Source: an uncultured Verrucomicrobiota bacterium
GTDB lineage: Bacteria > Verrucomicrobiota > Verrucomicrobiia > Limisphaerales > UBA9464
Reading direction: 5' to 3'
Length of the DNA stretch: 43,851 bases
Assembly: GCA_903858835.1 (NCBI GenBank)
Contig: CAIOKD010000024.1
Location: 1-43,851, forward strand
Shown: piece after piece, positions 36,994 through 43,851 of the stretch
Position numbering within the stretch: the stretch's first letter is position 1
Layout of the letters: each line of letters starts with the position of its first letter
Program-made: the position numbers and the translations under genes
Notes under the pieces: generated by a model
Seen by the model: the letters and a program-made list of their open reading frames with translations, nothing else
Databases searched by the model: none
What the model was told of the DNA's origin: nothing

Positions 36994-38457
36994 ATGAGCC
37001 CTTTCCATCTCCACGGAGGATCTGTCGGAGCACGGATGAGCCGCCGCGAACTGCTGCGCCGCGCGTCCAATGGCTTCGGAACCCTCGCCCTGGGCACCCT
37101 GCTCTCCCGGGCCTCCACGCCGAGCCTTTCGGGTGCCAGCAAGACGGTGACCGACACTCCGGTGTCGTCCCTGCCCCACCATCGAGCCAGGGCCCGGAGC
37201 GTGATCTTCCTTTTCATGGAGGGCGCGGTGTCGCAGGTGGACAGCTTCGACCACAAGCCGATGCTGGAGAAGTACCACGGCCAGGACGCCCGGAAGGCCA
37301 TGGGTCGGATCGAGAAGACCCAGTTCGACAGCATCGGCAAGATCCTCAAGTCGCCCTGGACTTTCCGCCAACACGGGCAGAGCGGCCTCTGGATCAGCGA
37401 CCTCTTCCCGCACATCGCCCGACAGGCCGACGACCTGTGCGTGCTTAGGTCCATGACCTCCACCTTCCCGGAGCACACCAGCGCCAACTACTTCCTCCAC
37501 AGCGGCATCGGCCTGCAGGGGCGTCCAAGCATGGGCGCCTGGGTGAATTACGGACTGGGTTCCCTCAACGACAACCTGCCGGGATACGTGGTGCTCAACG
37601 GTGGCCAGATTCCCTCCGGCGGCCTCGACAACTTCGGCAGCGGATTCCTGCCGGCGACCTTCCAGGGTTCGTTGCTGCAGGCCCACGGGACTCCCCTGGC
37701 CAATGTCGTGCCCTCGGAGAAGCAGTCACGGTTGCAGCAGACCAAGCAACGCCTGGTCCGCCGCCTCAACGAGCACGGCCTGGAGCAGGCGGGCCCGGTC
37801 GACGCTCTGGAATCGGCCATCCGCAACTACGAACTGGCCGCACGCATGCAGGTGACCATCCCGGAATTGATGGACATCTCCGGAGAAACGGCGGCCACCC
37901 GCGCCCTTTACGGGCTCGATGCCCCCTATGAACACACCCGGACCTATGCGCGGGAGTGCATCCTGGCCCGCCGCATGGTCGAGCGCGGGGTCCGCTTCGT
38001 GGAACTCACCATCCCGATGGTCGACGGCTACAGCCGCTGGGACGCCCACGGCGGTCTGGTGAAGAATCACGGCGACAACGCCCGGGCCGTGGATCAACCG
38101 ATCGCCGGGTTGCTCATCGACCTCAAGCAACGCGGCCTCCTCGATGAGACCCTGGTCGTGTGGGCCGGTGAATTCGGACGCACTCCCTTCGCCCAGGGCA
38201 GTGACGGACGCGATCACAACGAGTACGGCTTCTCGGTCTGGCTGGCCGGTGGCGGCATCCGCGGCGGCATGGCCTTCGGCCAGACCGACGACTGGGGCTA
38301 CAAATCGGTCGTGGACCGCCTCGAGATGCACGACCTGCACGCGACGATCCTTCACCAACTGGGCGTCCATCACGAACGCCTGACCTACCGGTTCGGCGGG
38401 CGCGACATCCGGCTCACCGACGTCAAGGGCGAGGTCATCCGGGAAATCCTCGCGTGA
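36994..38457 (+). CDS. Tat-exported DUF1501 protein (second copy)
   Basis: It starts 2 nt after the preceding stop. Leader: MSRRELLRRASNGFGTLALGTLL (an alternative ATG at 37036). DUF1501 pattern: VIFLFMEGAVSQVDSFDHKP, ECILARRMVERGVRFVELT, WDAHGG, LVVWAGEFGRTPF, DGRDHNEYGFSVWLAGGGIRGGMAFGQTDD. Confidence 0.9.
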   Translation: MSPFHLHGGSVGARMSRRELLRRASNGFGTLALGTLLSRASTPSLSGASKTVTDTPVSSLPHHRARARSVIFLFMEGAVSQVDSFDHKPMLEKYHGQDARKAMGRIEKTQFDSIGKILKSPWTFRQHGQSGLWISDLFPHIARQADDLCVLRSMTSTFPEHTSANYFLHSGIGLQGRPSMGAWVNYGLGSLNDNLPGYVVLNGGQIPSGGLDNFGSGFLPATFQGSLLQAHGTPLANVVPSEKQSRLQQTKQRLVRRLNEHGLEQAGPVDALESAIRNYELAARMQVTIPELMDISGETAATRALYGLDAPYEHTRTYARECILARRMVERGVRFVELTIPMVDGYSRWDAHGGLVKNHGDNARAVDQPIAGLLIDLKQRGLLDETLVVWAGEFGRTPFAQGSDGRDHNEYGFSVWLAGGGIRGGMAFGQTDDWGYKSVVDRLEMHDLHATILHQLGVHHERLTYRFGGRDIRLTDVKGEVIREILA

Positions 38458-38518
38458 CCCGGTCGCCCGCTTGGGCTTCACTCCTTCGCATCACCCGCAC
38501 GTCCTCTTCGATCCGAGC

Positions 38519-39802
38519 ATGAACACGCGCCATCCGTTGACCCGCCGGGCCTTCCTCCGCAACACCGTCGCCACCATGGCCACCGTGACCCTCGTCCCAC
38601 GGCATGTCCTGGGCGGCCCCGGCCACACGCCGCCGAGCGAGATCCTCACCCGCGCCGTCATCGGCACGGGCGGCATGGGCATGGGCCATGTCAATTCGAT
38701 CAACACCGCCTGCAAGTTGCTGGCCGTCTGCGACGTGGATTCCAACCACCTGGCCCAGGCGGTGAAGGCCGGTGGCCCCGACTGCAAGGGCTATAAGGAC
38801 TTCCGCGAGGTGCTCGCCCGCAAGGACATCGACATCGTCCACGTGCCCACCCCGCCCCACTGGCACGCCATCATCTCCATCGCCGCGGCCAAGGCGGGCA
38901 AGGACATCTGGTGCGAGAAGCCGATGACCCGGACCATCGCCGAGGGCCGCGCGGTCGTGGCGGCCGTCAAGAAGCACAAACGCATCTTCCGCCTGAACAC
39001 CTGGTTCCGATTCCAGGACAACTTCTACGGCATGGGGGTGCCCGTGAAGGACATCCGCAAGGCCGTGATGCACGGTCTTCTGGGCGACGGTCCCTTAAAG
39101 GTCACGCTGAACGCCTCCACCGGATTCGACTGGAAGTTCTATTGGATCGGCCGCACCGACCTGAAGCCGCAGCCCGTCCCGGCCGAACTCGATTACGACT
39201 TCTGGCTCGGACCGGCCCCCTACAAACCCTATCATCCGCACCGCGTCCACGGCACCTTCCGTGGGTACTGGGACTACGATGGAGGCGGCCTGGGCGACAT
39301 GGGCCAGCACTACCTCGACCCCGTGCAGTACATCCTGGGCAAGGACAACGAGAGCCCGGTGGAGATCGAGTCTGACGCGCCGCCCCAGGATGCCGATGCG
39401 GTCGGCACCTTCCGCACCATCCGGATGAAGTACAAGGACGGCACCGAGATCATCCTGGACGGCGAAAACAAGGACAAGCAGGCCGCCTTCATCGCCGGAT
39501 CGAAGGGCCGCATCCTCAAGGGAATGAAGACCGACATCCCCAATTTCACGGAGGTCCTGAAGGGGTTGAAGGATCCGGAACCGATGGTCACTGATTTCGT
39601 CCAGGCGGTGAAGACCCGCTCCAAGTTCGCCTTGAACGAGGTCAACGGTCACCGTTCCTGCACGCTGGTGAATCTCGCCAAGATCGCCATGCAGACCGGC
39701 CGCGTGCTGCGCTACGACTCCAAGAAGGAGACCTTCATCGGCGACAAGGCCGCCAACGCCTACCTCGACCAACCGATGCGCGGGAACTGGAAGCTCAGCT
39801 GA
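38519..39802 (+). CDS. Tat-exported Gfo/Idh/MocA-family oxidoreductase
   Basis: ATG at 38519 with a twin-arginine leader: LTRRAFLRNTVATMATVTLV. Rossmann N-terminus: AVIGTGGMGMGHV...LLAVCDVD...KGYKDFREVLARKDIDIVHVPTPPHWHAIISIAAAKAGKDIWCEKPM. Followed by a typical C-terminal alpha/beta domain. Confidence 0.87.
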   Translation: MNTRHPLTRRAFLRNTVATMATVTLVPRHVLGGPGHTPPSEILTRAVIGTGGMGMGHVNSINTACKLLAVCDVDSNHLAQAVKAGGPDCKGYKDFREVLARKDIDIVHVPTPPHWHAIISIAAAKAGKDIWCEKPMTRTIAEGRAVVAAVKKHKRIFRLNTWFRFQDNFYGMGVPVKDIRKAVMHGLLGDGPLKVTLNASTGFDWKFYWIGRTDLKPQPVPAELDYDFWLGPAPYKPYHPHRVHGTFRGYWDYDGGGLGDMGQHYLDPVQYILGKDNESPVEIESDAPPQDADAVGTFRTIRMKYKDGTEIILDGENKDKQAAFIAGSKGRILKGMKTDIPNFTEVLKGLKDPEPMVTDFVQAVKTRSKFALNEVNGHRSCTLVNLAKIAMQTGRVLRYDSKKETFIGDKAANAYLDQPMRGNWKLS

Positions 39803-39850
39803 AGGGCCTCCGCCGCTCTGGCAAGATCGGCACGCCCGCCTACGATCGAT

Positions 39851-40573
39851 TCATCGGTCCACCTGGATGCCGAGGGCCATCAGCACGAAGGGGGCGGTGT
39901 TGAAGGTGACGTGGGCGGCGACCGGGGCCAGGAGGTTGCCGGAGTGCCGGTACAACAGGCCCAGCAGGTAGCCGAAACAGGTCAGCGGCACGAAGACGCT
40001 GCGGTTGGCGTGGATGACCCCGAAGGCCAGGGCCGTGCCCCAGAGCGCGAACCGGGGCCAGCCGAGGTCCCTCAAGAATGGATAGGCGACGCCCCGGAAA
40101 ATCATCTCTTCGACGAACGGAGCGGCCAGGGCAGCGGTGATGAAGATGGCCGACCGGCCCCAGGTGTCTGCCTCGGTGAGGATCCGGATGGCCTGCTGCG
40201 GCGGCAGCTCCACACCCAGGGTCTTGAGCCAGGTGCCGATGGCCCACTGCAGCCCATAGGCCGCCGGGAGGAATGCCAACCCGGCCAGCACCCCCATGCC
40301 CACCGCGCGCGCGCCTCCGCCCACGGCCAAGCCGAATCCCTGGCACCAACCGCGGCCGTGGCTCTTCAAGAACGCGACCACCGAGGCCACCACGGCCGCA
40401 TGGAGGCACACCTGGCCCAGGACCAGGGCCTTCCAGGGCTCGACAGTCGCGCTCCCGAAAACGCCCGGATGCATCGCCAGCGACTGCAGAAAACCCGCTG
40501 CCACGAAACCGATGAGCACCCGGAGCGTCAGTCGGAGGACCTCCTCGGGCTTCCAATCCCGGCGCTCGATCAT
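39851..40573 (-). CDS. CPBP-family (CAAX / Abi) intramembrane glutamic endopeptidase
   Basis: ATG at 40573 (MIERRDWKPEE). Multiple transmembrane segments. CPBP motif 1: FVEEMIFRGV. Motif 2: FGVIHAN. Motif 3: VAAHVTFN. I reject the ORF-track extension to 41446 because it runs across the ABC gene. Confidence 0.85.
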   Translation of the reverse strand: MIERRDWKPEEVLRLTLRVLIGFVAAGFLQSLAMHPGVFGSATVEPWKALVLGQVCLHAAVVASVVAFLKSHGRGWCQGFGLAVGGGARAVGMGVLAGLAFLPAAYGLQWAIGTWLKTLGVELPPQQAIRILTEADTWGRSAIFITAALAAPFVEEMIFRGVAYPFLRDLGWPRFALWGTALAFGVIHANRSVFVPLTCFGYLLGLLYRHSGNLLAPVAAHVTFNTAPFVLMALGIQVDR

Positions 40574-40629
40574 GGGGTACCCTGGCGCATTGGCGGTCTT
40601 TTGGCGACGTCGAATCGCCCCGGCCACCG

Positions 40630-41307
40630 TCATACCAGGCGGCCGTCTTCCATCGACAGGACGCGATCCATCCGTCCGGCCAGTTCGTCCGAATGCGTCA
40701 CCAGCACCAGGGTGATTCCCTGCTCGCGGTTCAGCTCGGTCAGCAGACGGGCGACCTCCGCCGCCGAGGCCCGGTCGAGAGCGCCGGTGGGCTCGTCGGC
40801 CAGGATCAGCCGGGGCCGGTTGATCAGGGCCCGGACCACGGCCACCCGCTGCCGCTCGCCGCCGGACAGTCGTCCCGGAAGCTGCCCCTCGCGGTGCTCG
40901 AGACCCACTCGCTTCAGCAGCGATCCGGCCCGCTCCAATACCTCGGGCCCGACCTGAGACGCCTGGGCCAACGCAGGCACCAGCACGTTCTCGAGCACGC
41001 TGAGGTGAGGCAACAGGTGATGGGATTGGAAGACGAACCCGATGTTCTGGTTGCGGAACTTCGCCAACTCGTCGCCAGCCATCATCGAGAGATTTCGGCC
41101 ATCGATGACCAGGGTGCCTTGGTCGGGCGTGTCGAGGGTGCCCAAGAGATTCAACAGGGTGCTTTTGCCTGAGCCGCTCGGTCCCACGATCGCAACGCTT
41201 TCCCCGGCGGCAACCGTCAGGTCGACCCCATCGAGGACACGGACCTTGTGGTCCCCTGCCCGGAACGATTTGCAGACACCTCGAACCTCCACCAAGCCCT
41301 GGTTCAT
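40630..41307 (-). CDS. ABC transporter ATP-binding protein (LolD/MacB/FtsE-type)
   Basis: Walker A: GPSGSGKST. Q-loop: FVFQSHHLLP. Signature: LSGGERQRVAVVRAL. Walker B: LILADEPTGALD. H-loop: LVLVTHS. No FtsX/MacB-type permease gene is adjacent in this window. Confidence 0.92.
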   Translation of the reverse strand: MNQGLVEVRGVCKSFRAGDHKVRVLDGVDLTVAAGESVAIVGPSGSGKSTLLNLLGTLDTPDQGTLVIDGRNLSMMAGDELAKFRNQNIGFVFQSHHLLPHLSVLENVLVPALAQASQVGPEVLERAGSLLKRVGLEHREGQLPGRLSGGERQRVAVVRALINRPRLILADEPTGALDRASAAEVARLLTELNREQGITLVLVTHSDELAGRMDRVLSMEDGRLV

Positions 41308-41566
41308 GGGGACAGGCTACCCGACGGGTAGGGATTGTCAGGCACGAGGTTGGATCCATCGCGGTGAAACTCGCCAAAAGCCCTTCCCGTGACCGGAGAG
41401 GAACCTGTAACACCTCATTCAGGGTCTGCCCCCTTCGGCGTGCCACCCCCCCAGGAGCCCCCAGGACCCGATGAAGATCGTTTTTGACTGTAAACGGGTT
41501 GACGACACAACCGATGGTGGTTTACCTCAATCCAGGCCACAGCCGATTGATTGCCACCCCGAGAAT

Positions 41567-42091
41567 ATGCGCTGTCCCAAATGCGGCGGTCAGGACGACA
41601 AAGTCATCGATTCCAGGTCCTCCAAGGAGGGGGCCACGATCCGTCGTCGCCGGGAGTGCCTCTCGTGTGAGCATCGGTTCACCACCTACGAGCAGATCGA
41701 GCAGGAGCCGCTGATGGTCGTCAAGCGCGACGGGCGGCGGGAAGCCTTCTCGAAGGAGAAATTGATCTCGAGCCTCCAACGCGCCTGCCAGAAACGACCG
41801 GTCTCTGAAGACGACCTTGCCTCGGCCGTCGAGCGAATCCAAGACGGCTTGGCCGGAAGTTTCGACCGCGAAACCACCTCCGGTGCGATCGGTGAACGGG
41901 TGATGCGGGAACTCCGCAAACTGGATCCCGTGGCCTACGTGCGATTCGCGAGCATCTACCGGAACTTCGAAGAGGCTACCGACTTCGTCAGCGAGGTGGA
42001 GCGCCTGGGACACCTCCCCATCGATGACAAGCGTCAACTGGAGCTGATCGAGGAGTCCGAGGCGGCCGCCCGGGGGAGGCGCAGCCAATGA
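41567..42091 (+). CDS. nrdR: Transcriptional repressor NrdR
   Basis: ATG at 41567: MRCPKCGGQDDKVIDSRSSKEGATIRRRRECLSCEHRFTTYEQIE (Zn ribbon CxxC...CxxC). ATP-cone: VVKRDGRREAFSKEKLISSLQRACQKRP...VAYVRFASIYRNF. I reject the ORF-track extension to 41471. Confidence 0.93.
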   Translation: MRCPKCGGQDDKVIDSRSSKEGATIRRRRECLSCEHRFTTYEQIEQEPLMVVKRDGRREAFSKEKLISSLQRACQKRPVSEDDLASAVERIQDGLAGSFDRETTSGAIGERVMRELRKLDPVAYVRFASIYRNFEEATDFVSEVERLGHLPIDDKRQLELIEESEAAARGRRSQ

Positions 42092-42675
42092 TCGCACTGC
42101 GCGACGAATTCCTGCTCGTGGAGCAAGACGGGGGGCAGTTCATCCCCTGCTCGGTCGAGCACCTGACCTTTGAACTGGCGGGCGAGGCTGCCAAGCAGGT
42201 CGATCCCGAGTGGATGCGCCAGGCGGCCGCCGGGGTGCTGCATTACTTCAAGGAGGAACTCGGCAAGAGCCATGTCACCTTGGCCGAGTTCACCGCGGCC
42301 CTTTCCAAGGTCTTCCAGGGATTGGGTCTCACCGCGGAGGTGGCTCCGGTCGATGTTCCCACCGTGGAGGGCGGGATACTGTCGGTTCCGAATGCCGCGG
42401 TCTGGCGGGGCGACCTCCGGGCCATCGCGGTCGAATCGGTGAAGCTGGGAGAACTCGCCTTCCAGCAGGCACTGTTGACCCAACTGGCGGCGGCGCTCGA
42501 ATCCGGCCCTCAGACCGTCGAGTTCTCCGGGCTGCGTAGCTGTGTCAAGATGATCACCGGGCGTAAGATCTGGTGCCCGGAATGCCGGCGGTGGTCGGCA
42601 TGGATCGTGGATCTCCTGCGATCCTGGCTCAGCGAGAAGGCCGCCAACCGCCACGTGGCGCTGGTCGTCCGCTGA
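42088..42675 (+). CDS. Hypothetical protein, translationally coupled to nrdR
   Basis: The ATG at 42088 overlaps the nrdR stop (ATGA). A GGAGG at 42075-42079 sits 8 nt upstream. 195 aa with a protein-like, balanced composition (MIALRDEFLLVEQDGGQFIPCSVEHLTFELAGEAAKQVDPEWMRQ...). One CxxC near the C-terminus: WCPECRRW. I recognise no family. Confidence 0.62.
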   Translation: MIALRDEFLLVEQDGGQFIPCSVEHLTFELAGEAAKQVDPEWMRQAAAGVLHYFKEELGKSHVTLAEFTAALSKVFQGLGLTAEVAPVDVPTVEGGILSVPNAAVWRGDLRAIAVESVKLGELAFQQALLTQLAAALESGPQTVEFSGLRSCVKMITGRKIWCPECRRWSAWIVDLLRSWLSEKAANRHVALVVR

Positions 42676-42712
42676 TTCCGACACCAATGCCCGAGGCCGC
42701 CCCTTCCATTCG

Positions 42713-43744
42713 ATGACCGCTCCCGGCCATGACGCCCCCTCGCTCGACTCGACGCCCGACGCTGGCTCGGATATCTCCCGTTGGAAACAACTTCCCTTGG
42801 GGCTCATGAACGAATACCGGGTTCAATTCGACGTTTTCGAGGGGCCGCTCGACCTCCTGCTCCACCTCGTCAAGAAGCAGGAAGTCGACATCTACCAGGT
42901 CAACCTCACCCGCATCGCCTCCGAGTTCGTGGCTTACATCGACCAGATGCGCGAACTCGACCTCGAGATCGCCGGCGAGTTCCTGGTGATGGCCGCGACC
43001 CTCATCTACATCAAGAGTCGCGAACTCCTGCCGGCCGACCAGAAACCCGACGCCCAGTCGGGCGACGACGACGAGGAGGAGGATCCCCGGTTCGAGCTGA
43101 TCCGGCGCTTGGTTGAATACAAGAAGTTCAAGGACGCCGCGGCCGACCTCCAGTCGCTCGAAAACCGGATGGATCAGGTCTACAGCCACCGCTCCGCCCC
43201 GGTCGTGCCCGATGGTACCGAGCCCCGCCGCCGGGAGGCGGTCTCGGTGTTCGACCTGATCCAAGCCGTCAGCGTCATCCTCAAACGATTCCAAGAGCGC
43301 GACGATGTCCGCGAGATCCAGGCCGATCCATACACCGTCTCCGAGAAGATGGCCGCACTGCGGATCCTCATCGAGGAACGGGGACGCTTCCGCTTCAGCG
43401 AACTCTTCGCCGAGGCCAGGAGCCGCAACGAGGTCGTGGTCACGTTCCTGGCGATGCTCGAACTGACGCGCTTGCGGCACCTGCGGGTCACCCAAGGAGA
43501 AGACTTCGGTGAGATCGAGGTCGAGGCGGCACCGCCGGAGGCTCCTGTCGAGGTCGCTCCCGAGGAACCGGTCGACGAGGCGACCGAATTGCCGATCACC
43601 CCCGGTGCGATCGAAGCCCCCGGGATCACCGACGCGGGCGACGCCCACTCCCCTCGGCCTGACCCCGGGTCGGTCGCCGTTCCGACGCCGAATCCCACCA
43701 TCCATCGATCGCGGAGGCGATCAAGGAGACACCGGAGTCCCTGA
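42713..43744 (+). CDS. scpA: Segregation and condensation protein A (kleisin)
   Basis: Motifs: YRVQFDVFEGPLDLLLHLVKKQEVDIYQVNLTRIASEFVAYI, EIAGEFLVMAATLIYIKSRELLP, SELFAEARSRNEVVVTFLAMLELTRLRHLRVTQ. The conserved core starts at the alternative ATG at 42806 (MNEYRV). There is a long Pro/Glu/Ala-rich C-terminal tail. Confidence 0.87.
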   Translation: MTAPGHDAPSLDSTPDAGSDISRWKQLPLGLMNEYRVQFDVFEGPLDLLLHLVKKQEVDIYQVNLTRIASEFVAYIDQMRELDLEIAGEFLVMAATLIYIKSRELLPADQKPDAQSGDDDEEEDPRFELIRRLVEYKKFKDAAADLQSLENRMDQVYSHRSAPVVPDGTEPRRREAVSVFDLIQAVSVILKRFQERDDVREIQADPYTVSEKMAALRILIEERGRFRFSELFAEARSRNEVVVTFLAMLELTRLRHLRVTQGEDFGEIEVEAAPPEAPVEVAPEEPVDEATELPITPGAIEAPGITDAGDAHSPRPDPGSVAVPTPNPTIHRSRRRSRRHRSP

Positions 43745-43851
43745 TGCCGCGGGAACGGCACTTGCTTTCGCCTCCGACGGATCGCATTGTGAAGGGCCGT
43801 TTTCGGGAACACCCGCTTAGATGCGGTCTTTCATATGAGCGAACCACTGGA

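Noticed and set aside
33589-38457. A 1622-aa ORF in the track that looks like a giant PSCyt-DUF1501 fusion protein
   Set aside because: Its middle ~330 residues (about 35990-36990) are Arg/Pro/Gly-rich nonsense. The alternative frame (36008-36991) encodes a clean DUF1553 domain over the same DNA. The ORF is the product of a frameshift at the G5 run (35986-35990), plus the absence of stops in the wrong frame, plus the next gene (DUF1501, ATG 36994) happening to be in that frame.
40574-41446. An N-terminal 291-residue extension of the CPBP protease ORF (531 aa in the track)
   Set aside because: The extension runs across the well-supported ABC ATPase gene in another frame and is Arg/Gly/Pro-rich. 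The CPBP membrane domain begins right after the ATG at 40573.
41447-41566. Possible promoter or NrdR-box upstream of nrdR: TTGACT at ~41484, TTGACG at ~41499, and a partial palindrome ACACAACCGATGGTGGT
   Set aside because: The TTGAC hexamers lack convincing -10 partners at proper spacing. The imperfect palindrome does not match the NrdR-box pattern well enough as I remember it. This is too weak to call.
43835-43851. An ATG (MSEPL...) at the very end of the window that could be the start of scpB downstream of scpA
   Set aside because: Only 17 nt are visible, so no motif can be assessed. It is plausible by synteny only.

Overview
This is a GC-rich bacterial chromosomal segment (about two-thirds G+C by eye, not computed). 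It is gene-dense and looks like core genome. I support 32 protein-coding genes plus one frameshifted gene. I saw no rRNA, tRNA, CRISPR array, transposase, integrase or phage genes. The protein families point to the PVC superphylum (Verrucomicrobiota or Planctomycetota): many DUF1549/DUF1553 (PSCyt/PSD), DUF1501, DUF1080 and Tat-exported Gfo/Idh/MocA proteins. That assignment is inference only.

Housekeeping genes: rpoD, xseA, a ymdB-like phosphoesterase, lepB, pepP, folK, dapB, coaD, nrdR and scpA. Other genes: a single open reading frame joining LMW-phosphatase, RpiB and GlyA; a soluble GAF-PAS-hybrid histidine kinase; and three translationally coupled CNNM/CorB-type (DUF21-CBS) genes.

The most unusual region is about 24.6-39.8 kb. 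It is a ~15 kb block of secreted or Tat-exported proteins from families with no experimentally defined function:
- a four-gene operon: Ig-like/PSCyt2/PSD1, then DUF1501, then a double-PPC protein, then PSCyt1-WD40
- a secreted beta-propeller on the opposite strand
- a second PSCyt1/PSCyt2/PSD1 plus DUF1501 pair, whose large gene is interrupted by a 1-nt frameshift in a G5 run
- a Tat-signal Gfo/Idh/MocA oxidoreductase

Many long ORFs in the six-frame track are antisense or out-of-frame shadows typical of GC-rich DNA, and I rejected them. All domain calls come from motifs read by eye in the translations. No database search was run.
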